Virus record (IMG/VR): IMGVR_UViG_3300036853_000468
Location: 1-57,729 of that record
Length of the DNA stretch: 57,729 nt
Direction: 5' to 3' (one strand)
Origin: a virus
Lineage: Duplodnaviria > Caudoviricetes
The number at the start of each line of letters is the position of its first letter. The first letter of the stretch is position 1. Of this stretch, positions 8,934 to 17,990 are shown piece after piece. The position numbers were made by a program, and so were the translations under genes. The notes beneath the pieces are model-generated. The model searched no databases, was not told where the DNA came from, and saw only the letters and a list, made by a program, of their open reading frames with translations.

Positions 8934-9155
8934 TTTCTTGGGAGGATCGGGTCTGGGCATATGATACTCCTGTACGTAGGTCTCCGCCTCTTCTTCCTTG
9001 AAGAGGAACAGCTTCTTTTGTGAAGGGATTCTATGAAGCGGAAGGATACCAGCGTCAATGTCCTTCCGTATTTGGTTGCATGACCTCACCCCCGCACGTT
9101 GCATTACCTCTTTCATGGTGAGGTAGCCTTCTGGGACGCGTGCCATTGGTTTCAC
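8925..9155 (-). CDS. Excisionase/AlpA-like HTH DNA-binding protein
   Basis: YLTMKEVMQRAGV...IRKDIDAGILP...FLFKEEE; GAGG RBS. Confidence 0.75.
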   Translation of the reverse strand: MKPMARVPEGYLTMKEVMQRAGVRSCNQIRKDIDAGILPLHRIPSQKKLFLFKEEEAETYVQEYHMPRPDPPKKCG

Positions 9156-9344
9156 CTCCTCTTATAGTGCATATCAATCAACACTATAACACGTCGAGCA
9201 ACGTCAGTCAAAATAGCTATACGCTATTGGTTGTCGTTGCTCGATATTGAATGACATAGTATGATGTGTGTGATCAAAAAGACAAAGGGAGATGAAGGAT
9301 GAGCCACTATGATGGTGTGTGCTTCTATATAAAGGAGGAGTGCT

Positions 9345-9644
9345 ATGTGGCCTGATTCATGGTTCTGGATCGGTATGATGCTTGGAACGCTGTATGGAAC
9401 GTTATTCGTTCTCTGCTCGTTTGCACTATTTTGCCAAATAACAGCGCAACTGCGTCAGTCCTTGCCTAAACCTCAAGCAAAGAAACCCAAACTAAAGAGC
9501 GAACAGGTGAGCCTGAGAAGAGCATACGTGCGCAAAAGTGAGTATGTGCCAGAGCAGCGCGTGGAGAGTTGGCGTGAATATACTCACAAGGTTAATGCAC
9601 CTACACAACCGCTGACCACTGAGCAATTATGGCCCGACTCGTGA
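9345..9644 (+). CDS. Membrane-anchored hypothetical protein
   Basis: AAGGAGG RBS; N-terminal transmembrane helix. Confidence 0.7.
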   Translation: MWPDSWFWIGMMLGTLYGTLFVLCSFALFCQITAQLRQSLPKPQAKKPKLKSEQVSLRRAYVRKSEYVPEQRVESWREYTHKVNAPTQPLTTEQLWPDS

Positions 9645-9668
9645 TTTTCTCGTCATCAACACTGGCTT

Positions 9669-10046
9669 TTACGTCGATCCCTCCGGCAAAGGTAGATTGA
9701 CTGGTGTTGCCTTGTCTGCGCTTTCGCTTTGCACCGCGTTGAGCAGATGGACAGAGCGCTCAATAAGATCTCCTGTAACTGGGTCAGGTGGTATGGGTAG
9801 ATGCGCCTCTTTCAGGAAGTTGCGGACAGACTCTAGAGCTTTTTGCTTCTTCTCCTCAGAGGTGAGTGAAATGCCCCCCTTGTGCATTTGCTCGACTGCC
9901 TGCGCTGCGTCTTCCGCAAATTCTTTGAGTTTGCGGAGTCGATTTTCAGGAAGATACCGGACTGCAATATTCCAGAGAAAGGCAAGTATGAAGCATTCCA
10001 GCGGGAATCCTGCGATAAGTAAGCTCATGATTGTATCGAATGTCAT
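9669..10046 (-). CDS. Holin, LL-H-like
   Basis: Single N-terminal TM, then A..AAQAVEQ...EEKKQKA...LIERSV; adjacent to the endolysin. Confidence 0.8.
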   Translation of the reverse strand: MTFDTIMSLLIAGFPLECFILAFLWNIAVRYLPENRLRKLKEFAEDAAQAVEQMHKGGISLTSEEKKQKALESVRNFLKEAHLPIPPDPVTGDLIERSVHLLNAVQSESADKATPVNLPLPEGST

Positions 10047-10047
10047 G

Positions 10048-10893
10048 TTATGCCTTCTTGGGAATCGCTGCGTAGGCTGCGTTCAGTTCCAGGCCCCACT
10101 GCTGCTCATATACTACGCCTACTTTTGGGGTCCACCAGAGTAAGCCAAACTTAAAGAGTTGACGCGTTCCCGCTCCTAAATCAGGACGATGCAACTGTAC
10201 AGGGCTTGCGCCGTATGCCGGTCCTAAAGGCACGTTGGCCGCGTCCCACGGGTGGCTCAGGATGTATGTTCTGAAGCCAGCGTCAACTGGTATGCCCCCA
10301 AAACTCAGCACTTTCCCGTCGTCTTTCCATCCCTGTGGTACCATGCAGGTTGTTCCTCCTTTCAGATAGGCCCATAACGCGTCCCACGGGTAAGGACCTG
10401 GACAACGCGCCCGATTGACAGGATCGATATCTGCATGCGAGATGACCCCGCCATTTCCATCTCCCGCACGCTTGGGTATCCCGTAGGTATCACAAATACA
10501 CTGTACGACCTGAAAACTCTTCTGCACTTGTATGGAAGTCAACACGTCTGAATTATCGTTTGACGGCTTTACATGCTCAATTGAAATGCTAGTGAGGTTT
10601 GGGTTTACATTGTCTGGTAAGTAGGAGGCATGTCCAGCAGTGAGTACTCCATTTCCCCACGCCGCTTGATTCATACTGACGCCCTGAACGATATGACCGT
10701 CTTGCCCTATGATCAGATGTGTGGATGCCTGTACGGTACTTGTGGCAAAGTAGTTTGCAATGTTTTCAGCAGATGATCCGCCCGCCGTTCCGTGCAAACA
10801 GATATACTTTGGCTTGTAGCCTAATCTCGACATCGATTTTTGCTGGTAGTCTATTTCGATGGCTTCATCCAGCCAACCGTTCACAATCTTCAT
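10048..10893 (-). CDS. Endolysin, N-acetylmuramoyl-L-alanine amidase (Amidase_2)
   Basis: LHGTAG, ASTHLIIG.DG.IVQ.V, AWGNG, SISIEH, H...D....CPG. Confidence 0.92.
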   Translation of the reverse strand: MKIVNGWLDEAIEIDYQQKSMSRLGYKPKYICLHGTAGGSSAENIANYFATSTVQASTHLIIGQDGHIVQGVSMNQAAWGNGVLTAGHASYLPDNVNPNLTSISIEHVKPSNDNSDVLTSIQVQKSFQVVQCICDTYGIPKRAGDGNGGVISHADIDPVNRARCPGPYPWDALWAYLKGGTTCMVPQGWKDDGKVLSFGGIPVDAGFRTYILSHPWDAANVPLGPAYGASPVQLHRPDLGAGTRQLFKFGLLWWTPKVGVVYEQQWGLELNAAYAAIPKKA

Positions 10894-10905
10894 TGGTTGC
10901 TCCCT

Positions 10906-11274
10906 TCATTTTGTCATATCTTCCATGATGGATCTAACCATATCAGAAGCAAACAAAACCTTGCATAGTTCATTGACGCATAGTAAAAGCCTGTGATACT
11001 GTTCAGTATCATCTTGTGAGAGCGTGCATCCCCTGCGATCTACCAGCCACTTTTTGGTGACTTGCCAGCCATTAATCCGAAGGTTCCACGCCTGTAATGA
11101 GACCTCAAAGTAGTGGAGGTCGTCGATATATACACGTCCTTCAATGAGTTCAGCACGCTTTACCTTGAGACCAGCTCGAACTGGCTTGTCTAATTTTCGT
11201 GATGCTGCGTGTTCTTTCGCAGTACACTCTGCAATCTTTGCGTCAATCCACTCATCACCAGATTGGGAAGTCAT
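10906..11274 (-). CDS. Small protein with type ISP restriction-modification C-terminal-like segment
   Basis: GRVYID..YFEV...AWNLRINGWQV.KKWL.DRRG.TLS.DD.EQY. Confidence 0.65.
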   Translation of the reverse strand: MTSQSGDEWIDAKIAECTAKEHAASRKLDKPVRAGLKVKRAELIEGRVYIDDLHYFEVSLQAWNLRINGWQVTKKWLVDRRGCTLSQDDTEQYHRLLLCVNELCKVLFASDMVRSIMEDMTK

Positions 11275-11461
11275 GACTTGCTGCTGTCCTCCTTCTTGCT
11301 CTCAACACCACTCAATCCTATTCTGTCTGACAAAGTGGGCACCCGATGACCCAGGATTGTCGCTTTGCGTCGCAGGTCATTTCGCCGGGTCGCAACTTCA
11401 GGAGGTCTTTATCGACAACCACAACCTGTGTTAATCGTTGTTCACTGCTCTCTTCCATGCC

Positions 11462-11701
11462 TCATTCTCTTGCTTTTAATATGAATATCTCTTGCTTGCG
11501 GAAAAGTGACACTGCCATTTGCTGTTGCCAGAATCCCGCATGCGCTGTGTCGATATGCATGCGAACCTCCATCTCCTGAAAGATCTCTTCCTCATAGCGG
11601 ATACAATCGTCCCACGTCACTGGCTCACCCTGCTTCTTTGCATTGCGATCCATCAAAGCCTGCCAGCGCTCTTCAAGATAGCGTCTTTGCTGTTCAGTCA
11701 C
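11462..11701 (-). CDS. Hypothetical protein
   Basis: Coupled ORF. Confidence 0.6.
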   Translation of the reverse strand: MTEQQRRYLEERWQALMDRNAKKQGEPVTWDDCIRYEEEIFQEMEVRMHIDTAHAGFWQQQMAVSLFRKQEIFILKARE

Positions 11702-11904
11702 TCTGCAACCTCTTCAGGATAGAGCACACCACGATACTTCTTTCCTTTATATGTCGCGCTTGCCTCGATTCCAAATGGCAACTTGTGCCCGATGATCTGT
11801 ATTTCCTCATACTTCTCAATCCACCAGCGTGGCTTGATACTGAGTGCTGCCATCTCCTCATCGGTCAGCGCAGGCGGTGTTTTCTTTCTCCTCTTGCGCT
11901 TCAT
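11698..11904 (-). CDS. Hypothetical protein
   Basis: Coupled ORF. Confidence 0.6.
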   Translation of the reverse strand: MKRKRRKKTPPALTDEEMAALSIKPRWWIEKYEEIQIIGHKLPFGIEASATYKGKKYRGVLYPEEVAE

Positions 11905-12120
11905 TCATTCCGAGCTATGGCAGCGTTCGCAAACATCACAGACTTTTTCCAGCTCGGTCAAGGCTAAAGATTGCTCACGTGAATACGGTGTCAGATCAAC
12001 GATGAGCAGGGCAAATTCCTTTGCCTTCTCTCGGATCTCCTGGTATCGCTCGACTTGTCCTTCTTTTGGGGCATGGTAAGAAAAATCGTTCTCAATTCGT
12101 GCTCTCATGTCGGTATCCAT
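11901..12120 (-). pseudogene. Acb2/Tad1-like hairpin (cyclic-nucleotide sponge) domain, frameshifted near its C-terminus
   Basis: IENDFSYHAPKEGQ.ERYQEIREKAKEFA..I....SREQSLALTELE; removing one A at 11944-11948 restores KSVMFANAAIARNE*. Confidence 0.75.
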
Positions 12121-12417
12121 AGGGTTATCCTTTTCTTGTTTATGCGTAGCTTCAAAGTGTAGACCGAACACATCGATGCCACCAGGTGCAAAGGCCATAA
12201 ACGCGACCGATTCGGCGAGTGCTGCCGCATACGCGCCACCCCGTCTGCCGCCAAACAGGAAATCATCACCACCTGATGACAGTGCCTTACCCAGACGTTT
12301 CTTTTCCTTTTCAAATTCCCAGTCTTGCGGCGGCCCATATTGTTGCCACTCTCTGATGCATAGGCTGACTGCTGCTTGTAAGAATGTTCGGATGTGATGA
12401 AGTTTTGTATCACTCAT
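11905..12417 (-). CDS. Fusion ORF: N-terminal domain paralogous to 51504-51806 plus Acb2/Tad1-like domain
   Basis: Shared LxSGGD...LA..AF.PGG....GLHFE motif; internal AAGGA RBS before Met at 12120. Confidence 0.65.
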   Translation of the reverse strand: MSDTKLHHIRTFLQAAVSLCIREWQQYGPPQDWEFEKEKKRLGKALSSGGDDFLFGGRRGGAYAAALAESVAFMAFAPGGIDVFGLHFEATHKQEKDNPMDTDMRARIENDFSYHAPKEGQVERYQEIREKAKEFALLIVDLTPYSREQSLALTELEKVCDVCERCHSSE

Positions 12418-12634
12418 CGAGCTTTATCTTCAACTCTGCTGCAATGAGCAGTGCTGTATGCCACTCGGCACTATGCTGTATAAGATGAGCATATTGGGTA
12501 GTGGTGAGCAATGGGTCACTCTCATCCAGGCGTGCTTTAATGGCATCGTTCCAACGATTCATCTCGCTACTACTGTGGAGCATGACGCGGTTGAGCACAC
12601 GGCGTACTTCCTGCACTGGAATGGTGTCACTCAT
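12410..12634 (-). CDS. Hypothetical protein
   Basis: Coupled ORF. Confidence 0.6.
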   Translation of the reverse strand: MSDTIPVQEVRRVLNRVMLHSSSEMNRWNDAIKARLDESDPLLTTTQYAHLIQHSAEWHTALLIAAELKIKLDE

Positions 12635-12962
12635 CCTTTGTTAGCTCCTCTCGTTCTTGCTGATGTGTAGCTTTGACATGACTCTCTGCTATCTTCCGTT
12701 GCTCCCGTACCTGTAGCTCTATCTGTGCGGCTCTCCATAGACAGAGATCCCACTCCTGTGCGCATTGACTGTGTTGTATTCCATCCTCATCTATCCATTC
12801 AATAGTGTACCACTGACGAGATGCAACCCTCGGTCGATACTCGCAAGAGAAGGTTACTTTTCCGCTGAACATCATTTCGTCCATAAATGCAGAAAGACTC
12901 ATTTCAGCCCACGGTGTCTCGTTCCGGCGCTGATAGACATTGCTATCAAAAAGTGAACTCAT
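12627..12962 (-). CDS. Hypothetical protein
   Basis: ATGA overlap with the upstream stop favours the MSSLF start. Confidence 0.6.
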   Translation of the reverse strand: MSSLFDSNVYQRRNETPWAEMSLSAFMDEMMFSGKVTFSCEYRPRVASRQWYTIEWIDEDGIQHSQCAQEWDLCLWRAAQIELQVREQRKIAESHVKATHQQEREELTKDE

Positions 12963-13168
12963 ATTGTTTGCTCTCTCAACTTCCCCTGACAATGCGAACA
13001 GATGACATCTGTTGCCACCTCCTCTGAAGACAGTTCTCTTCGCACTCCATTCTTTCTGGTCTCACTCTTGAACCCATGTTCAGCATAGCACGCTTTATGG
13101 AAATAGTCGAATGCTCGTCCTGGCATGATTTCGGTTTGCCATGCGATAGAGATGATGGTGTGACTCAT
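12959..13168 (-). CDS. Hypothetical protein with HxxC...CxxC zinc motif
   Basis: FHKACY...ICSHCQ. Confidence 0.6.
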   Translation of the reverse strand: MSHTIISIAWQTEIMPGRAFDYFHKACYAEHGFKSETRKNGVRRELSSEEVATDVICSHCQGKLREQTI

Positions 13169-13353
13169 TGCTGCTCCGGTTGTGCCTCTGTTTTAGCCCT
13201 TGCACGGCCTGTGGATGCGCGTTGGAGACGACGCGCATCAATCTTGTCCAGTATAGCCATAGCGCGTTGCTCCTTCTCTTGCGCCTCAGCAATCTTGTTG
13301 TTCAGCCACGGGTCCCAGGTCGGACCCGTATTTTGGTGGGTTTTCATGATCAT
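13165..13353 (-). CDS. Hypothetical protein sharing its N-terminal motif with 10906-11274
   Basis: DPWLNNKIAEAQEKEQRAMAILDK; AAAGGTG RBS. Confidence 0.55.
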   Translation of the reverse strand: MIMKTHQNTGPTWDPWLNNKIAEAQEKEQRAMAILDKIDARRLQRASTGRARAKTEAQPEQQ

Positions 13354-13361
13354 CACCTTTG

Positions 13362-13883
13362 TCACTTTATAAAATGGAACACCAACGCCATAACGATGCC
13401 AGCAACTCCCACGAGGTAGCCCCACAATGCATTTGCCCCTGTGGATTTACCGCCTATTTCGCTACGGGATTCACGCAGGCCAGCTATTTCTTTTGTTAGG
13501 TTTTCCACGCTCTTGTCAAAGGCAAGTCGCTGGCTCTCCAATCTGCTCTCAAAAAAGATGCGCATTGCTTCAAGCTTGTCGTCATGCGCCTTGAACAAGC
13601 CAAGCGCTTCCGCTCGTTGCATGAGGAGTTTCGCCTGATCGTCAAGCTGCCCCCGAAACTCGTTACTGCGCAGATTGTAGTCCTTTTGTGCCTCTTCCGC
13701 CTTGATGATGGCCTTCTCCGAAGCTGCGAAGGCACTGGTCACGGCCTCCTTCTGTGCTAGAAGCGCCGCCTGAACTGCAATTTCCGCCGCCCGAAAGCGC
13801 ATATCGTATTGCCTGTCACGCTCGTCCACAATACGTTCTAGAAATTCTCTCATAGGGATGGATGGCAGCCCGTCTTCACTCAC
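13362..13883 (-). CDS. Coiled-coil protein with C-terminal TM (possible lysis accessory)
   Basis: Heptad-rich body; WGYLVGVAGIVMALVFHFIK tail. Confidence 0.7.
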   Translation of the reverse strand: MSEDGLPSIPMREFLERIVDERDRQYDMRFRAAEIAVQAALLAQKEAVTSAFAASEKAIIKAEEAQKDYNLRSNEFRGQLDDQAKLLMQRAEALGLFKAHDDKLEAMRIFFESRLESQRLAFDKSVENLTKEIAGLRESRSEIGGKSTGANALWGYLVGVAGIVMALVFHFIK

Positions 13884-14197
13884 CGCTCAATCGTCTGGCT
13901 ATCAATATCAAATGTCTGCTGATCCGCCGTCCCCCGCTTCAGGACAATACGCCTCTTATGTGTGCGTATGATCCCCACATCGTTTGCCCCTGGTGTATAG
14001 GTAATCGTGGCTGGATTCCCCGCCGTTAAACTACTGAACACTCCGGTACCTACGATTTCCGTATTTGGATATGATGAGTCGATAAACACAAAGGTGAAAT
14101 CGCTCACGGTAAGCCCCGTAATATCGAGACTGCCCAATGCAGGAACTAGCCCGAATGTCCACGGAGGCTTGCGATCTCCTTTAACCCATTCACTCAT
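13880..14197 (-). CDS. Tail/baseplate protein, BppU N-terminal-like
   Basis: GDRKPP.....LDITG.TV.F...ITYT. Confidence 0.55.
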   Translation of the reverse strand: MSEWVKGDRKPPWTFGLVPALGSLDITGLTVSDFTFVFIDSSYPNTEIVGTGVFSSLTAGNPATITYTPGANDVGIIRTHKRRIVLKRGTADQQTFDIDSQTIER

Positions 14198-16830
14198 GTG
14201 GTGGCCCCCTTTCCAATTCCTGATCCATCACGGCTATAGCCCGTTGCATTTCCGCTATGGCTATAGCCCGTTGCATTTCCGTCATTGCTATAGCCCGTCG
14301 CATTACCGCTTCGTCCATAAGCAACAATAAGAGGAGTTGAAAGCCTGAAGAGACAGGATACATCTCTCATTTGAGTAGTTCCTACGCCGCCAAGGATAAA
14401 GCGAGATGCAATATCTCTATACTTCCCTGCGCTCATGAGGCGGAAGCGGGCTGCGATGTCTCTTAGCTGAGTAGCAGATAGCAGGCGAAATCTACCAACG
14501 ATATCCTTCAGTTGATCAGCCGATTTCAATTTGAGTCGAACCGCTATATCCTTAAGCTGATCTGCACTTTTCAGCCTGAAACGAGATATTACATCCTTCA
14601 ACTGAGCGGCAGACATGAGGCGAAATCGAAGAGAGATGTTCTTCAGTTGATCGGCAGATTTCAGTCTGAATCTGGCTACAATGTCTTTGGTCTGCTGGCC
14701 AGCAATCACGAGAATAAAGCGTGTTGTAATGTCTTTAAGCTGTGAAGCTGACATCAAGCGAAAGCGTGCTGCGATGTTTTTGAGGATGGCTAATCTGAAG
14801 CGCGTCGTTACGTCTTTTTGCTGGAGTGCAGACATGAGGCGGAGACGCGTTGCCACGTCTTTCAATTGAGCCGCACTCATTAAACGAAGTCTGCTTGCTA
14901 TATCCTTGAGCTGCAACGCGCTCATGAGGCGGAGACGCGCCGCGATATCCTTGAATTTTGCCAGCCTGAAGCGAGCAGTAATGTCCTTCAGTTGGTCAGC
15001 GCTTTTTAGTCTCAAACGAGCCGTGATATCTCGAAGCTGGCTGACAGACATCAGGCGCAAGCGAGCCGTGATATCTCGAAGTTGATCAGCACTTTTTAAT
15101 CGTAGTCGAGCAACGATGTCTCGAAGCTGGCCCGCTGACATCAGCCTGAAGCGAGCAGCAATATCCTTCAACTGTAAAGTTGACATCAAGCGGAAACGCG
15201 CCGTAATGTCTTGAAGTTGATCAGCACTTCTGAGTCTGAGACGAGCAGTAACATCCTTTAATTGTGCAGCAGGCACCAGCCTGAAGCGAGTGGCAACGTC
15301 CTTGAGTTGCAAAGCTGACATGAGGCGAAGACGGGAGGGAATATCCTTGCCATTGACTCCCAGTCCTATTGTGTAGTGATTTATTACTTTTGTAGAGTTA
15401 AGAGCAGTACTATAAATAGCGACTTCATCAATGATGCCAGCAAAAAATAATCCTGTCGCAATATCTTGCCCGATTGACGCGATGCCATAGGTAAAATTTG
15501 CGGTTGTATTCGCTGTCCCCTGACTAATTCCATTAACGTAGAAATTGAGAGTCGAGCCATTATAAGTAGCTACGCAGTGATAAAGAACATTTTGAACAAT
15601 AGATGGACCTTGAACAAGAACAGCATTTTGGATAGATGCTGTCAATTTTTGGGCTGCATCAGAATAGATAGAGATCGCTTGTCCCACTGCATTGGTTCCA
15701 AGTCCAATGGCAATGCCATAGACCCCTACTCCAGGAACGGTTGGAAATTTCAGCCAGCATTCAAGTGAGATGGCATTGGCCCCAACAGGTAATCCGGTCG
15801 TTGGGAGCGAAATATAGCCGCTTGACCCATCAAAAAGCTCGGATTTATCAGGATCGTTGCGCAGCAGTCCTGCCTGCCCAAGGGTGATTCCTCCATGCAG
15901 CGTACCATCCTGCGCCTGACTCCCGAGATCGACTGCATTCGTTCCCGCCAATTCACCTAACCGATAATAGCGTAGTGGAGATTCCGCAAGAATAGTTGCG
16001 CTATACTGACTTCTCAAGCGAAAGCGCGTCGAAATATTGAGCGCATAGTTAGAGAGCAATGAGGACATACCGCGCCGTACATAGTGCGGTATGTTCGTTG
16101 GTGAGACAGCGCGAACTATGCGTCCAGTGATGGCACGATCTACCCAGGCGGGTAACGGAACAGAAGGGGCTGCTTCAAAAATCTTACCCGTGATACCCCG
16201 CAGCGTCCAACGAGGCTGGCTGAGCGGCCCAGGTGGAAGTGTATCATCGACACTGAACGAATCAAATTGAACGATGTTACCGGCCCCCGTTGGGCCACCA
16301 ACTATTCCAAAGAAGCCCGGCGTCGTAATACCGCCGCTATCCGTGGCGGCCATCATCCAATTGGCAGGTTCAACCGTCCCATCTGCCCATGCCTTCGCAT
16401 AGAGATTGGTTCCCTGCGCACGGAAACGCATCCAATAAAAAGGTCCTGCTGAATAGCTGAAGTTTACAGGAGTCCCAATCGTTGTGAAGGAACTAGCCAG
16501 ATTTCTACGGAAAGTAATCGTCTGGCTGGTGTTCCCGACAATACAGGAGTAAAAGTTGTTGCTATCCAGGAACCGGAGAGAGATACCAGCAAGATCGGTC
16601 AGGGTTGCGACATTGAAACGCACCAGACCTTCGGCATCCACCGCTACACGGTTGCCAAGGCACATAACCCCTACGGTTGCATCGACGAAAGTCATGCGGG
16701 CATGATTGCCTGTAACGTCTAGTGTTTGGATGCCGCGTTGCTGTGACCACGGTTGCCCGTCGGTAGCAATTCCCCAACTCCCACTGGCGACTGGTCCTCG
16801 ATAAACGGTATCTTGCCCTATGAGTGCCAC
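14194..16830 (-). CDS. Tail fibre/adhesin with lectin-like and LamG domains and a 15-aa repeat array
   Basis: YYRLGE..G..A.D, FDGSSGYI, HCVATYNG...YVNG, FAGIIDEVAIYSTAL; QLKDIxARFRLxSAx repeats. Confidence 0.85.
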   Translation of the reverse strand: MALIGQDTVYRGPVASGSWGIATDGQPWSQQRGIQTLDVTGNHARMTFVDATVGVMCLGNRVAVDAEGLVRFNVATLTDLAGISLRFLDSNNFYSCIVGNTSQTITFRRNLASSFTTIGTPVNFSYSAGPFYWMRFRAQGTNLYAKAWADGTVEPANWMMAATDSGGITTPGFFGIVGGPTGAGNIVQFDSFSVDDTLPPGPLSQPRWTLRGITGKIFEAAPSVPLPAWVDRAITGRIVRAVSPTNIPHYVRRGMSSLLSNYALNISTRFRLRSQYSATILAESPLRYYRLGELAGTNAVDLGSQAQDGTLHGGITLGQAGLLRNDPDKSELFDGSSGYISLPTTGLPVGANAISLECWLKFPTVPGVGVYGIAIGLGTNAVGQAISIYSDAAQKLTASIQNAVLVQGPSIVQNVLYHCVATYNGSTLNFYVNGISQGTANTTANFTYGIASIGQDIATGLFFAGIIDEVAIYSTALNSTKVINHYTIGLGVNGKDIPSRLRLMSALQLKDVATRFRLVPAAQLKDVTARLRLRSADQLQDITARFRLMSTLQLKDIAARFRLMSAGQLRDIVARLRLKSADQLRDITARLRLMSVSQLRDITARLRLKSADQLKDITARFRLAKFKDIAARLRLMSALQLKDIASRLRLMSAAQLKDVATRLRLMSALQQKDVTTRFRLAILKNIAARFRLMSASQLKDITTRFILVIAGQQTKDIVARFRLKSADQLKNISLRFRLMSAAQLKDVISRFRLKSADQLKDIAVRLKLKSADQLKDIVGRFRLLSATQLRDIAARFRLMSAGKYRDIASRFILGGVGTTQMRDVSCLFRLSTPLIVAYGRSGNATGYSNDGNATGYSHSGNATGYSRDGSGIGKGATT
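14231..14310 (-). repeat. 3 x 27-bp coding repeat (GNATGYSxx)
   Basis: CTATAGCCCGTYGCATT repeated at a 27-bp period. Confidence 0.85.
14341..15350 (-). repeat. About 23 copies of a 45-bp (15-aa) coding repeat
   Basis: Consensus QLKDI[AT]ARFRL[MK]SA[AD]. Confidence 0.9.
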
Positions 16831-16833
16831 TGT

Positions 16834-17307
16834 TTACTTACCGATGATGGAGAGAGTGAATGTCATCTCTATCCCCTGCGGATTGTTGAGATCAACCTGA
16901 ATGCGGTCCCCAAATGGTAAGCCTGCCGGTACGATGAGCGTCGTCATACCAGTAAATGCGACCGCCTCACTTGCACGACTGGGTGGATCAGGAGGGTCAG
17001 CAGTGGCTTGTGATAAGGTAATGCCAAGTGTACCTACAACTGGTCCAACTATTGGAATAAGCTCATCGAAAGCTGTTAGTCTGGATATCACAAAATCATA
17101 GGTGAATGTATAGAGGTAAAAGTCCACGGGAGTCGGATCTTCTCCCACTGTCCCACGCCCCGCATACGTAGCAGTGGGCGTCCCTCCCGATGCTACTGTT
17201 ACATCAATGTCAACGGTCATTTCGTGGAGGTCGCCTACAGTCAAAGCGCCTGATGAATAGGTCGTTATAGTGGTTTGCGTATCACTGAGAACAGTTCGTG
17301 CTGCCAT
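16834..17307 (-). CDS. Putative virion structural protein
   Basis: Beta-rich protein in the tail module. Confidence 0.6.
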   Translation of the reverse strand: MAARTVLSDTQTTITTYSSGALTVGDLHEMTVDIDVTVASGGTPTATYAGRGTVGEDPTPVDFYLYTFTYDFVISRLTAFDELIPIVGPVVGTLGITLSQATADPPDPPSRASEAVAFTGMTTLIVPAGLPFGDRIQVDLNNPQGIEMTFTLSIIGK

Positions 17308-17316
17308 GTTATTCTC

Positions 17317-17973
17317 CTATTCTTCAGTCCATTCAATTGTAATATCCATAACTTGCCCTGCGGTCGTTGCCTGACCATTAAAGTTAATAGCCAGCTCCTG
17401 AGCAACGCCACGAAGCACAATTGCTTCTGATGGCCTTGCGCCGAAATCTGCAATGTATCTATCGTTGAGATTTGCAGTAGCTGCTGGTGTTACTGCCAGT
17501 GTCAATCGAAACGCACGGATGATCGTAGCCGAGGCGTCTACTGTTGCCTGGGTTGTGTAGAGCACAACAAGCGCCGTCGGTCCTCCGTCACTGCTGTCAT
17601 ACTTGGTTGGGGTGGGATTTGAGTTAGTGCCTCCTGTATTGGCTATTGTGTGCTTCTTGATATAGCAAAGTATCTCTGTTGCAGCCGTCGCCGCGCCTGA
17701 AATTTCGATACGTGTGACGCGAACAGTCTTCGTTGTCGATCCTCGAAGGATGACTAGATCCTGCATCGTTACGAAGGTAGCGATAGCTGAGGCACTATAG
17801 ACATAGGTAGCCTTATAACCATCAGTTAACGTAAATGCAGCAGGGGCAGAGTCGTTACTTGATCCATCTGTAAAAGACTTCCCACCTTGTAGTGCCTTGA
17901 AGCCGATGCCTGGGACATAGACACATCCTATTGGAATATTATTGCTGTCGGCAGGTGTTGAGCCGAATGTCAT
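17317..17973 (-). CDS. Putative virion structural protein
   Basis: Thr/Ala/beta-rich, ends IEWTEE; tail module. Confidence 0.65.
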   Translation of the reverse strand: MTFGSTPADSNNIPIGCVYVPGIGFKALQGGKSFTDGSSNDSAPAAFTLTDGYKATYVYSASAIATFVTMQDLVILRGSTTKTVRVTRIEISGAATAATEILCYIKKHTIANTGGTNSNPTPTKYDSSDGGPTALVVLYTTQATVDASATIIRAFRLTLAVTPAATANLNDRYIADFGARPSEAIVLRGVAQELAINFNGQATTAGQVMDITIEWTEE

Positions 17974-17990
17974 TTAATACACCCCTTTCT

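Noticed and set aside
14341-15350. Tail repeats as a CRISPR array or DGR template/variable repeat
   Set aside because: Contiguous in-frame coding repeats; variation is not adenine-specific; no reverse transcriptase in the window
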